From a virus: a stretch of 64,000 nucleotides of DNA. The stretch's first letter is position 1, and every line of letters starts with the position of its first letter. The position numbers were made by a program, and so were the translations under genes. Positions 55,138 through 64,000 of this stretch are shown here, one piece after another. The notes beneath the pieces are model-generated. The model made no database searches and was not told where the DNA came from. It saw nothing but the letters and a program-made list of their open reading frames with translations. The DNA is taken from UHGV virus genome UHGV-0170778; one strand, given 5' to 3'.

Positions 55138-57053
55138 AAACATCTGAATATTATCAGAACGGAATGATAAAATATACATCTAGAGATTATGAATCAATAA
55201 TGGAGGAGTTTTGGGAACTTGTTCCTAAATTGACAGATCTTTGGAAACCAGAAGCAGATGCAGATCCAGGAGTAGTGCTTGGAAAATATCTAGCTTCTAT
55301 TGCAAGTATGCTTGGAGTTAATTTAGATTGGTTAGCAAATGAACTTTTTGCTCCGTCTGTTACTCAGAGAAAAAATGCAGAAAAACTATTCGATTTAATT
55401 GGATATAACTTAGTGTGGTACACAGCAGCAAAAACCGAAGTTACTTTCAAAAACAACACAACACAAGATTTAACATTAAACTTTTCATTTAATGGGAATA
55501 ACTTTGCTACACTTAATGCGTACACAGATATAACACAACAACCTAGAGTAATAACTTATAATATAATTCCATTCACTAATGTGTATGGAGCAAAAGACAC
55601 AAGGAGTAAAAGAGAAACAACTACTGATAATGTTGACATCTTCACGAAATCAGATAAAGTTCGTCTTGCTCCTGGAGGAAGTGTAACTCGTGTAGCTGTA
55701 GAAGGTGAGCTAAGGCAAGTAAGTGTTTCTGTAGCAGACATCAAGAGTAACAACTATATAATCAATCTACCATCTCAGCATGTAGATACAACAGCAATTT
55801 GGGTTGTAGCTAAACCTTCGTTATCAGAATCATCAGAATATTTGAAAACACAATGGATACAAGTAGACTCTCCTTCAGAATTCATTGTACCAGAACCTAG
55901 ATTTGCAGTAACATATGATTCATATTCAAATGCAAGAATTCAAGTATCTAATTATCTCAATCAGCTTGAAAATTATGATAACAACTGGATAATGGTATAT
56001 TGGTTAGATTGTTCAGGTGTTATTGGGAGCGTAGGTAAAAATGTATTAAGCAATTACCTAGAAGCTGCTACAGATGGTGACACAACAGTAAGCGATTCAT
56101 CTGGAGACATTACAATTTCTAATCTTTCCAATACTGTAGAACTTCCACACACTCATACAGTAACAGGAAAGAGTCCAGAAACAGCAAAAGAAGCATATTA
56201 TAATAGTAGAAATTATATAAACACATTTGATTCTTTAGTCACTTTACCAGATTTCAATAGATTTTTGAATAGAGAAGCAGGAGTCGATTGTGGATTAGTT
56301 ATAGATTGCCAAAAGGCATTAGAAATTAACTTAGCTATCTACAACGATAAGAATCTAACAGATACTCAGAAATCTAAGATGTATATTACAAACAATGATT
56401 TCCCAGCATCTGGAGATACAGTGCTGGATTGGGGCAAAGTGCTTAATTTAGGATTTGATCCTACAGATCCACAGAAATTTGTATTTGCAGCAAATTTCAA
56501 AAAATATACAGCGATGTGTTATGCTATACATAATGATTTCCAGAATAGCGATTTTGGACAAAGTCAAACATCTAATGCACAAATAAGAAATGTAAGAAAA
56601 TTCATTCAATATAAACCACCTATAATGTTCATTGATAATGTAGTTGCAGATTATAAACCTCTACAAGCAATGACAGTAGAATTAGAATTTGGATATGTTA
56701 GAGTATTTCCTTGGTACTGTGTAGGTACTATAACACCTTATTCTCCTGTTGATAGTATGAATGCAGAGAACATAATCAATAAAGTAAAAGAAGATTTAGC
56801 TCTTTACTTTTCTCCTGCTAATCGACAAATAGGGCAGAAACCTACTTTGATGGAAGTAGTAGATGTAATAGAAAAAGCAGATGATAGAATTCGTCATTTT
56901 GATCCAGGTGCTCCTGGAACTAAGAATTATGGAATAGTATGGGACAAATGTGATATAGAATACTTCAACCCAATTTCATTTGCTCAATATGAAACATTAG
57001 ATAATTCTACATTGAATATTCGAATCAATCCTGATTATTTGATTGAAAGCTAA
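55134..57053 (+). CDS. putative baseplate J-like (gp6-like) protein
   Basis: 639 aa. Assignment by position and size. Confidence 0.3.
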   Translation: MKTSEYYQNGMIKYTSRDYESIMEEFWELVPKLTDLWKPEADADPGVVLGKYLASIASMLGVNLDWLANELFAPSVTQRKNAEKLFDLIGYNLVWYTAAKTEVTFKNNTTQDLTLNFSFNGNNFATLNAYTDITQQPRVITYNIIPFTNVYGAKDTRSKRETTTDNVDIFTKSDKVRLAPGGSVTRVAVEGELRQVSVSVADIKSNNYIINLPSQHVDTTAIWVVAKPSLSESSEYLKTQWIQVDSPSEFIVPEPRFAVTYDSYSNARIQVSNYLNQLENYDNNWIMVYWLDCSGVIGSVGKNVLSNYLEAATDGDTTVSDSSGDITISNLSNTVELPHTHTVTGKSPETAKEAYYNSRNYINTFDSLVTLPDFNRFLNREAGVDCGLVIDCQKALEINLAIYNDKNLTDTQKSKMYITNNDFPASGDTVLDWGKVLNLGFDPTDPQKFVFAANFKKYTAMCYAIHNDFQNSDFGQSQTSNAQIRNVRKFIQYKPPIMFIDNVVADYKPLQAMTVELEFGYVRVFPWYCVGTITPYSPVDSMNAENIINKVKEDLALYFSPANRQIGQKPTLMEVVDVIEKADDRIRHFDPGAPGTKNYGIVWDKCDIEYFNPISFAQYETLDNSTLNIRINPDYLIES

Positions 57054-57064
57054 TTGGAGGTACA

Positions 57065-58303
57065 ATGATGGATTTCAAAGATATATCTGTACCAGAAATA
57101 TATAAATCAAGTCAAGATTTTAGATTCTTCCTTGACTGGTTCAATACTGCATTAACTAAGATAAAATATGACACAGAGAATTTATCTGACATATATGACC
57201 CATTGAGATGCCCAGACAACTTAGTCTGGGCTCTTGCTGATACTATGGGATACAAATTTGATGATAGATTACCTATATCTTTCAATAGACTTGTGCTTCT
57301 TTACTTTATGAGCATGATTCGTAACAAAGGAAGTAATGACGGGGTAACACTTGCAGCAGAAATCAATCTAGCCCAATTCAAATTATTGATGAATGCGTCA
57401 GGATATACAGATGAAAATGGTGATGTTCATCAACCTAAAAACATATTATATAGTAGACTTGATGATACTTCTATACCTGTAAATGCTGTATATGTTACTT
57501 CTAATGTTGAAGAAGGATATATCGACATAGTATACTTTTCAACAAATATACCAAAAGATGCATGTATCGAATATGTAAGACCATTAGGTATGTATTGTTT
57601 CCAACATGCAGGAGTTAGAATGGATACTAGAACAAAAATATCTATTGATTCTAGATTAACTAATATAAATGATATACTTACAAATTCTGGAATAGTCAAG
57701 ATGAACTTTGGTCCTACCTACTTGACACACTATACAAGAAGAGATTATGCTTCATTGCAGAAAATGGAAGTGATCACAGACAATGATAAACAGCATGCAC
57801 AGCCTTCCGAAAAAAGAGATAATACTATGTATCCTGCAAATGAATATGTAAATATTACAGCATTGAAAAAACTTGGAAATCCTGGATATAGAACAATCTA
57901 TTCATTACAACTAAGTAACAATGAAGAAGTGATGAAGGCTTTGATAGATCCAATATTCAGTTTAGGTCAAGGTCCTTTAGATGTAACTGTTGAATATGCT
58001 GATGATTATCTAAAATATCCATATAAAGATAAATATGCAAATGCAACTCCAAACGAAGATACAGCTAAAGCACATAATTTAAGATATGATTTGGAAAGAG
58101 AAACTTCTATCACATCAAATGTATACACTGATGATAACCCGAAATTGAGACCAGAAACACAGCCTGCTGTTAATCCTATGATGGCATCTATTGGAGATTC
58201 AATAGCCTTAAATTCGGATAATACACTTTATACTGATGTAGATAAAACTACTGGAGAAATCAAACAGGTTAGTAGCACAGACAAGAAAGGCAAGAATTCA
58301 TGA
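57065..58303 (+). CDS. hypothetical baseplate/tail protein
   Basis: 412 aa. Confidence 0.3.
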   Translation: MMDFKDISVPEIYKSSQDFRFFLDWFNTALTKIKYDTENLSDIYDPLRCPDNLVWALADTMGYKFDDRLPISFNRLVLLYFMSMIRNKGSNDGVTLAAEINLAQFKLLMNASGYTDENGDVHQPKNILYSRLDDTSIPVNAVYVTSNVEEGYIDIVYFSTNIPKDACIEYVRPLGMYCFQHAGVRMDTRTKISIDSRLTNINDILTNSGIVKMNFGPTYLTHYTRRDYASLQKMEVITDNDKQHAQPSEKRDNTMYPANEYVNITALKKLGNPGYRTIYSLQLSNNEEVMKALIDPIFSLGQGPLDVTVEYADDYLKYPYKDKYANATPNEDTAKAHNLRYDLERETSITSNVYTDDNPKLRPETQPAVNPMMASIGDSIALNSDNTLYTDVDKTTGEIKQVSSTDKKGKNS

Positions 58304-58821
58304 AGATATATGTAAGATGCTCTAATGATGTAGAAGATTATAGAGACTGTGTTATAGAAAAATTAGACACAGGATATTCTGTATATGACAGTTCTGGAAA
58401 CGAATTAACTTCTGGATTAGAAGATATATATGAAGCAAAAGATTATGTAGATGCATTGAACAAAGACGATATTGATTTCAATAAGTATTTATCTGAAGAT
58501 GTAAATACTATCAAAGTATTGTATCGATCATTTTCAGACGACCAAAAGCAAGCATTTGATGAATATATGACATATTATTTGTATGCCGATTTCTTGAGAT
58601 ATTGTAGCATATCTCTAGATGAGGACAACGCTATTCAGCAAAATGTTTTATTCAAAAAACAACCAGTATCTATTGATTCAATACATAACGCATACAATCA
58701 ATTCCTAAAGGTGACTAAACATAAATCGTTCAAATTCTATAAAATACTTGTTAACACTGAAAGAACAGATATGTCTGAAAAGTATAAAATACATTTTGAA
58801 CATAGATATGTACAACCTTAA
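58300..58821 (+). CDS. hypothetical protein
   Basis: 173 aa; the N-terminus resembles ORF 27840. Confidence 0.3.
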   Translation: MKIYVRCSNDVEDYRDCVIEKLDTGYSVYDSSGNELTSGLEDIYEAKDYVDALNKDDIDFNKYLSEDVNTIKVLYRSFSDDQKQAFDEYMTYYLYADFLRYCSISLDEDNAIQQNVLFKKQPVSIDSIHNAYNQFLKVTKHKSFKFYKILVNTERTDMSEKYKIHFEHRYVQP

Positions 58822-58849
58822 TTATTTGTAGAGAGAAGGTACTTAGTTT

Positions 58850-59155
58850 ATGGCAAATACACCTAAATCTTTAGATGACATAGTTCCTATTGCTCAAGGA
58901 CCTGCTACTGCAATAGCGCCTGGATCAGAAGAAGAAAAGAAAGACCAACAAACAGGATATACTAATCCTAATCTTCACAGACGAATTGTCGAAGGAGAAG
59001 ATGTTTCTAATGAAGATAAATCATTTGAATTATCTGGATATTCTGGATCTTCTATATCTGTTTCATATAAATTAGGGGTACACGGAACTAATTCATATAG
59101 AACAACAGATTATGTAGTACATGATGAAAATTCTACTACATCTGAAATTCCGTAA
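58850..59155 (+). CDS. hypothetical protein
   Basis: 101 aa. Confidence 0.3.
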   Translation: MANTPKSLDDIVPIAQGPATAIAPGSEEEKKDQQTGYTNPNLHRRIVEGEDVSNEDKSFELSGYSGSSISVSYKLGVHGTNSYRTTDYVVHDENSTTSEIP

Positions 59156-59173
59156 TGTCTAAGTAGGTATATT

Positions 59174-59413
59174 ATGAACAATACAGGTCAGAAACATAAG
59201 AAATATGTTTTCAATATTTATCAATATGGTAGATTGATTGATACATTAGTGTTCAATGATTTTGGTGCAGCAAAACAATACTATTATAGAACATGGGCTC
59301 ATTATGATGTAGCTACTGTACCAATAGTAGATGGAAAAGAGCTAACTCTAACAGAAGCTGATAGATTATTTGAATACGCTAGATATTTATGGGAGTATAA
59401 AAGTGTCCAATAG
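59174..59413 (+). CDS. hypothetical protein
   Basis: 79 aa. Confidence 0.3.
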   Translation: MNNTGQKHKKYVFNIYQYGRLIDTLVFNDFGAAKQYYYRTWAHYDVATVPIVDGKELTLTEADRLFEYARYLWEYKSVQ

Positions 59414-60536
59414 TTTAACACCTAACAAAAATTTAGGTATCAAACACAATGTAACATTTAGAGTAATAGATGAACGAACTGGAAATGTTGTTCAAACATA
59501 TCAAGGGCATAATTCAGCAACAAACTCATTGTTGTATGGAATAGCTCATTATCTAAAAGGTGATGGAGTTCTTAATCAAGGTGCTCATATGCTAAGTTCA
59601 TTTGTTCCTAGATATATAAGTTTAGGCACAATGGGACTTTCTAGTCAAGAAGAAGACGAAAATCATTTGCCTGTAGGTATTGGTGGTACCCCTAATCCAG
59701 ATGACCCAAATGATGAAGAAAACAGATTTGTTAATTACATGTCACATAGACCTGGATACGGTGCTGACGGATATGACATAAATCTAAATAATGGTCGAGA
59801 TGTTTTTGGATTAGGTAAACCGTTTTCAAAAACTGATAATGTAATATCTGGTACAACAGAAACATTGAAACTAGGAGATATAAACAACGATGGAGTAGTA
59901 GATGTGAATGATCTGCTTCTTCTAGTTGATTATATGTGTGATAAAGTAACATTATCTGAAAAACAATTGAAATGTGCAGACATTGATAAGGACGGACATA
60001 TTGATTGTGAAGATGTTCAATTGCTTCGCCAAGCTATTGATAATAAAACAGATCTAGGTACAATTGAATATACAAACACAACTTATCAAACAATAAATTG
60101 TGAGTTGATATCTAATTCATTTCCTCGTCAGCTCATTTCGTATAGAGAAATAATACCAGAAACAAAAGCAGAACAGCCTCAAACAATTGATGTTGTATAC
60201 AGTGCAATGATATCAACAGGGGCACTATCACAATTCAGAGATCCTGGTAAAGATTATATATTTATAACAGAAGCAGGTTTATGGTCAAGTGATGAATATA
60301 CTGATGGTGCAGATAACGGACTTTTAGCTGGATATCGGCTTGTTCCTACAAATGATAACTATTGGGATATGACCGAACCGTCAAATAGAATGCAGCTTAA
60401 GCGTTCAATCCTGAGAGTAGGAATAAATCAAGTAGTTCAAGTTATTTGGAAAATACAAATAGGGTCAATTGATGATATACTTGATTACTATCATGTAAAT
60501 ACAATATCTGATACAGGAAGTGAAACAGATGTATAA
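59403..60536 (+). CDS. structural/fibre-like protein with internal type-I dockerin-like module
   Basis: GDINNDGVVDVNDLLLLVDYMCDK followed by CADIDKDGHIDCEDVQLLRQAID. These are two ~22-residue segments, each with a Ca-loop DxNxDGxVD and a DLLLL-type helix, as in cellulosomal dockerins. Probable GTG start at 59403 (GGGAG SD); the track start 59370 is TTG. Confidence 0.55.
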   Translation: MSNSLTPNKNLGIKHNVTFRVIDERTGNVVQTYQGHNSATNSLLYGIAHYLKGDGVLNQGAHMLSSFVPRYISLGTMGLSSQEEDENHLPVGIGGTPNPDDPNDEENRFVNYMSHRPGYGADGYDINLNNGRDVFGLGKPFSKTDNVISGTTETLKLGDINNDGVVDVNDLLLLVDYMCDKVTLSEKQLKCADIDKDGHIDCEDVQLLRQAIDNKTDLGTIEYTNTTYQTINCELISNSFPRQLISYREIIPETKAEQPQTIDVVYSAMISTGALSQFRDPGKDYIFITEAGLWSSDEYTDGADNGLLAGYRLVPTNDNYWDMTEPSNRMQLKRSILRVGINQVVQVIWKIQIGSIDDILDYYHVNTISDTGSETDV

Positions 60537-60774
60537 CGATGATTTCAGTTATTACAGAGACAAACTAACAACAATGAGTAATTACATATTGGACTGTGCA
60601 GGATGGATGGATAGATTAGCAACATATGAGGATATCTATCAATCCGATATTGACGCATTAGAAGATATTGTACAAGACATTGTTGATGGCGTTAGTCGTC
60701 TAGAAAATGAAATAAAAGCAATACGAAAATTTAGTTTAAGGAGAAGTCTCGATGAAACGAAAAGTAACGATTAA
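60520..60774 (+). CDS. hypothetical protein
   Basis: 84 aa. Confidence 0.3.
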   Translation: MKQMYNDDFSYYRDKLTTMSNYILDCAGWMDRLATYEDIYQSDIDALEDIVQDIVDGVSRLENEIKAIRKFSLRRSLDETKSND

Positions 60775-61099
60775 AGCAAATAACAGCTCAGATAGATTAG
60801 AAAATCCAGCATATTCAAAATTAAATTCTGAGTGCCAGTCAGCTGGGTACAGACTTGATTATGCTGTATGGATTAAAAATAGACTGTTTCTGAGCATAAT
60901 TCCTGTAGCTAATTACGCAACGGAGCTTACCTTAGATAGGAAAGAACCTAACACTGTCAGAGCACAGACAACTGCATATGGTTCACTATCTCTGGACAAA
61001 TACAAAGATTTTGCAGACCAAGTAGCTAAAACTGCTCATCTACTTAGAGTTTTAGAAGAGTTTGATTTTGACAAATTGCCTCATGAGGACGAGGAGTAA
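60752..61099 (+). CDS. hypothetical protein
   Basis: 115 aa. Confidence 0.3.
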   Translation: MKRKVTIKANNSSDRLENPAYSKLNSECQSAGYRLDYAVWIKNRLFLSIIPVANYATELTLDRKEPNTVRAQTTAYGSLSLDKYKDFADQVAKTAHLLRVLEEFDFDKLPHEDEE

Positions 61100-61102
61100 T
61101 AA

Positions 61103-61462
61103 ATGGAACAATACATTTTTACACCATCTAGTGTTCTAGATTTGTTAACACAGATAGATGAACTTAAAGATTATGATATTGGTCTAACAGAGACATTTGA
61201 CAATCAGTTTAGGTTGACTATTGGAGATTCTGTATATGATATAAATTCAGAAAATACTGATATTGTAAGTATAGATGACTCTGCGTTAAACAACATTGTT
61301 GGACTGAATGAAGATACTTATGAAGATCTTCAAGAGTCTGGAAGTGTTGAAATTGAAAACAAAGATGTAGATATAACATCTGGCATCATAAAAGAAGCAC
61401 TTAAAACTTTGCTTGTAGGCGGTATGGTTCGCTTAACAGGTAAACTCCTAAGGAACAAATGA
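61103..61462 (+). CDS. hypothetical protein
   Basis: 119 aa, acidic. Confidence 0.3.
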   Translation: MEQYIFTPSSVLDLLTQIDELKDYDIGLTETFDNQFRLTIGDSVYDINSENTDIVSIDDSALNNIVGLNEDTYEDLQESGSVEIENKDVDITSGIIKEALKTLLVGGMVRLTGKLLRNK

Positions 61463-61477
61463 TGGAGGGTATACAAT

Positions 61478-62803
61478 ATGGCAAAGAATAATTCTATATT
61501 AGGCACATTCAGCGGTGAATGCGCCGATTCTGCTATTACTAACTTGAATGGGATGGACATTAGCAGAGAAGTATTTGAAAAACTATTTGAGTCTGATGAA
61601 TATAAAAAAGCATTAGAGTGTAAACAGTACATCGGATTTTTAGGACATCCAGAAGACCCTGATTGTCAAGATTACAAAGATGCTTGCATTACAATGACAG
61701 ATTGCAGAATTGATGATGACGGCAAAGTTTATGGTGATTTTGATCTAATTGACACACCTACAGGACGAGTTGTAAAGGCATTTATCGACGCAGGTGTAAA
61801 GTTTGGCATTTCTATCAGAGGTGCAGGCGACTTAATTGGAAATTCAGTAGACCCAGATACTTTTGTATTTAGAGGCTTTGACTTAGTTTCATTTCCTGCT
61901 TATCCAGACGCTATTCCTACATTTACAGAAATAGCAGCTTCAACAGATATGCAAAAACGAAAGAAATATCAGAAAGTATGCAAGTCACTTAAAGATAACC
62001 TATCTTCTATTACAAGTTCCTCTGCAATAGATGTAATGAAGTCTCAATTTGCTCCACAGTCTGATGAATATAAATCACTTCAAGATAGAGAAGATGAACT
62101 TTCTAAAAATTCTGTAGTTGATATAGATGACGATATGGAAGAAATCTATGCAGAAAAAGTTCGTGACTTAGTAGATGCTTATGTAGAAGAGCACGAAAAA
62201 GCAGAGTCTGCTCTATCCGAACTTGATAGAGTTAGAAAAAGATCAAAGGATGAGCTTGATCAGTCTCAGAGAGTATCTAACCGCATAAAAAGAATTGCAA
62301 GTTCTCAGCTTGCTTCTGTTAAACAAGAAGTTGTAAAAGCAAATAAACAGATAGATTCTTTGAAATCTAAAATAATTGCAACCAGAAATGCCAACCTTAT
62401 ATACGAACAAGAGATAGAGAAACAGAAGAAAAAGATTTCTGAACAGACACAGATTATTTCTAGTTTGAAGGCTTATCGCTCTGAAACCGTCTTAGCGAAA
62501 AAAGAACTTCAGTCTAGAACATCTAACTTAGATGCAGAGAATAAGAAGTTGATGTCAGAAAAAGCATCTCTTGAAAAGGTAATCGCAAGTTACCAAGACG
62601 CATTTGCTAGCTTATATGCGTTAAACATCGGTGCTAATCTAAATGATTCTGTTACAGTAACTGCTTCAACAAGTGTACAAGAGTTAAAATCTATGATAAA
62701 CAAATGTTCACATGGTAAGCAGATTTCGAAATCAAATTCAGTATATGCTTCAGCTTCAATAGAAGATGTAGCAGATAATGACGAAAATTTGATTTGTCTA
62801 TGA
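61478..62803 (+). CDS. putative prohead protease / scaffolding protein
   Basis: 441 aa. A ~170-aa globular N-terminal domain is followed by ~250 aa of coiled-coil-like, K/E/Q-rich sequence. It sits immediately upstream of the major capsid gene. Confidence 0.35.
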   Translation: MAKNNSILGTFSGECADSAITNLNGMDISREVFEKLFESDEYKKALECKQYIGFLGHPEDPDCQDYKDACITMTDCRIDDDGKVYGDFDLIDTPTGRVVKAFIDAGVKFGISIRGAGDLIGNSVDPDTFVFRGFDLVSFPAYPDAIPTFTEIAASTDMQKRKKYQKVCKSLKDNLSSITSSSAIDVMKSQFAPQSDEYKSLQDREDELSKNSVVDIDDDMEEIYAEKVRDLVDAYVEEHEKAESALSELDRVRKRSKDELDQSQRVSNRIKRIASSQLASVKQEVVKANKQIDSLKSKIIATRNANLIYEQEIEKQKKKISEQTQIISSLKAYRSETVLAKKELQSRTSNLDAENKKLMSEKASLEKVIASYQDAFASLYALNIGANLNDSVTVTASTSVQELKSMINKCSHGKQISKSNSVYASASIEDVADNDENLICL

Positions 62804-62850
62804 TTCTATCTTCAATAAAATTTTAATATATTTATAGGAGTGTAAATAAA

Positions 62851-64000
62851 ATGGCTATCAAAAGAACAAGCTATGCGCCTACACAGCGCACTCGTAGACC
62901 TGTTACTGCCAGCCAGAGCATTACCTCCGGTGCTACTCGTCGTCAGTCAGCTCCTTCTAAGGTGATGGCTAACATGCAGCAGCTTTCTCCGGAGAAGCGC
63001 GCCTTTGCTCGTCAGCTGATTTCTAATACTCAGCGTCAGTCAAAGATTATGGCAGCTACAAACACATCAAACATCATGGCTAAGCCCGAGTTCATGGACC
63101 TTCTGCCTCTGTTCGTTCAGAAGCTGATTGTTGCTGATGTATTCGGTACTGTAGCAATGAGATCTCGTCAGCAGATTATCCCTTATTTCAAGGTAACTGC
63201 TGAGAACACAAAGGGCGAGACTCAGGCTAACACAATCCTGAACAGCCCGATGGTAAACCGTCAGGGTAGAGATGCAAATTATTCTAGCAATATTGTTAAG
63301 AATGAGATTGTTGCTTCTGCTACTGGTTCTTTCCAGACTGCAAACCTGATGTATACTCCAGTACTTCCTGGTTCTGTTACTGTTTCTGCTAATCTTGCAG
63401 CTGGTGTTAAGAAGTATTTCGATGACCGTACTGGTAAATTAGTAGATGCTGAGGGTAGAGACAAAGGCACTATTGAATATGCAACTGGTAAAATCAACTT
63501 GACTACTCCTGAAACACTTGCCTCTGGTGATTCTGTTACCGCTACTTACATGTATGATAATGAGACTGTAGGTCCTCATCCGACTTCCGACACTACTCTT
63601 GACCATGGTCAGTATGGTGCTCGTATGGGCAAGTTGTCACTTCAGTTAGATGAATTCGACATGAAAGCTACTGCTCATCAGCTTGCTTGCTATTGGAGTG
63701 TTTACTCTGCATTTGCTGCTCAGAATGAGTATGGTGCTTCTGTTGCTGATATGGCTCGTGAAGCTGCTATGTCTGAGATCACTGCTGAGATTAACACAGA
63801 AGGCTTCCAGCTGTTGAAGAATGCTTCAATGTATCAGCCTCAGTTCAACTGGGATGCAGCTCCTGTACTGTCTGGCTCTGTTGTTCCTTCTGATTACTTG
63901 AACATGTTCAAGCTGAAGCTGAACCAGGCTGCTGCTAGTGTATATCAGGCAACTAACCTTGCTCGTCCGAACAGACTTGTAGTTGGTACTAACGCTGCTG
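62851..64000 (+). CDS. major capsid protein, T4 gp23-like (partial; continues past the window end)
   Basis: Not in the ORF track because there is no stop within the window. ATG 62851 follows GGAGTG. PLFVQKLIVADVFGTVAMRSRQQIIPYF parallels gp23 P.LIAFDIVGVQPM..P.GQIFAL. Arg-rich N-terminal propeptide-like region. Confidence 0.6.
   Translation, partial: MAIKRTSYAPTQRTRRPVTASQSITSGATRRQSAPSKVMANMQQLSPEKRAFARQLISNTQRQSKIMAATNTSNIMAKPEFMDLLPLFVQKLIVADVFGTVAMRSRQQIIPYFKVTAENTKGETQANTILNSPMVNRQGRDANYSSNIVKNEIVASATGSFQTANLMYTPVLPGSVTVSANLAAGVKKYFDDRTGKLVDAEGRDKGTIEYATGKINLTTPETLASGDSVTATYMYDNETVGPHPTSDTTLDHGQYGARMGKLSLQLDEFDMKATAHQLACYWSVYSAFAAQNEYGASVADMAREAAMSEITAEINTEGFQLLKNASMYQPQFNWDAAPVLSGSVVPSDYLNMFKLKLNQAAASVYQATNLARPNRLVVGTNAA

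Noticed and set aside
1-64000. tRNA or other RNA genes in intergenic gaps (9229..9315, 14315..14435, 31220..31540, 34130..34241, 38212..38363, 41833..41930)
   Set aside because: No cloverleaf-compatible segments or conserved GTTC/TTCGA-type loops were noticed by eye. The gaps are explained by promoters, terminators or sub-threshold mini-ORFs. A tRNAscan or Infernal run would settle this.

Overview
This 64 kb window looks like part of a low-GC (about one third GC by eye) tailed-phage genome of the contractile-tail (myovirus) type. Almost every gene is on the + strand and tightly packed, with overlapping stop/start codons. Tail sheath, tail tube and major capsid proteins resemble T4 gp18, gp19 and gp23. 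Strong Shine-Dalgarno sites, TTGAAT-17-TATAAT promoters, a tail lysin with M23, CHAP and transglycosylase domains, and a dockerin module all point to a Gram-positive Firmicutes/Clostridia host. Gene order runs in nine blocks. (1) Replication: DnaN-like sliding clamp, Cas4-like PD-(D/E)XK nuclease, an intein-containing DnaX clamp loader, RecA-family recombinase, a small nuclease, and two further clamp-loader subunit candidates. (2) A 7-deazaguanine DNA-modification cluster: DpdA-like, YhhQ-like transporter, SDR, QueF, QueC, Gpt-like PRTase, QueD, QueE, FolE. (3) Small ORFs, then terminase large subunit and a protein carrying a LigA-type Zn-finger/HhH/BRCT module. (4) Portal-like and neck ORFs, then the tail sheath. 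(5) A ~9 kb accessory island between sheath and tube with repeated terminator-promoter cassettes, a decapeptide tandem-repeat protein, paralogous small Cys-rich and DUF551-like genes, and one antisense homing-endonuclease-like gene. (6) Tail tube, a second homing-endonuclease-like gene, a third cassette and a pentapeptide-repeat protein. (7) Tail chaperone with a candidate programmed frameshift, then the tape measure. (8) Baseplate/tail ORFs, the tail lysin and a dockerin-bearing protein. (9) A prohead protease/scaffold-like ORF and a partial major capsid gene with a marked codon/GC shift. The most unusual feature is the DnaX intein. Its splicing frame is stop-free for about 1.3 kb, while a complete Zn-ribbon/Vsr-like endonuclease gene is encoded in the +1 frame inside it. 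Two more genes of the same endonuclease family flank the tube gene. No tRNA genes or CRISPR arrays were seen. All homology statements come from reading motifs by eye, not from searches.
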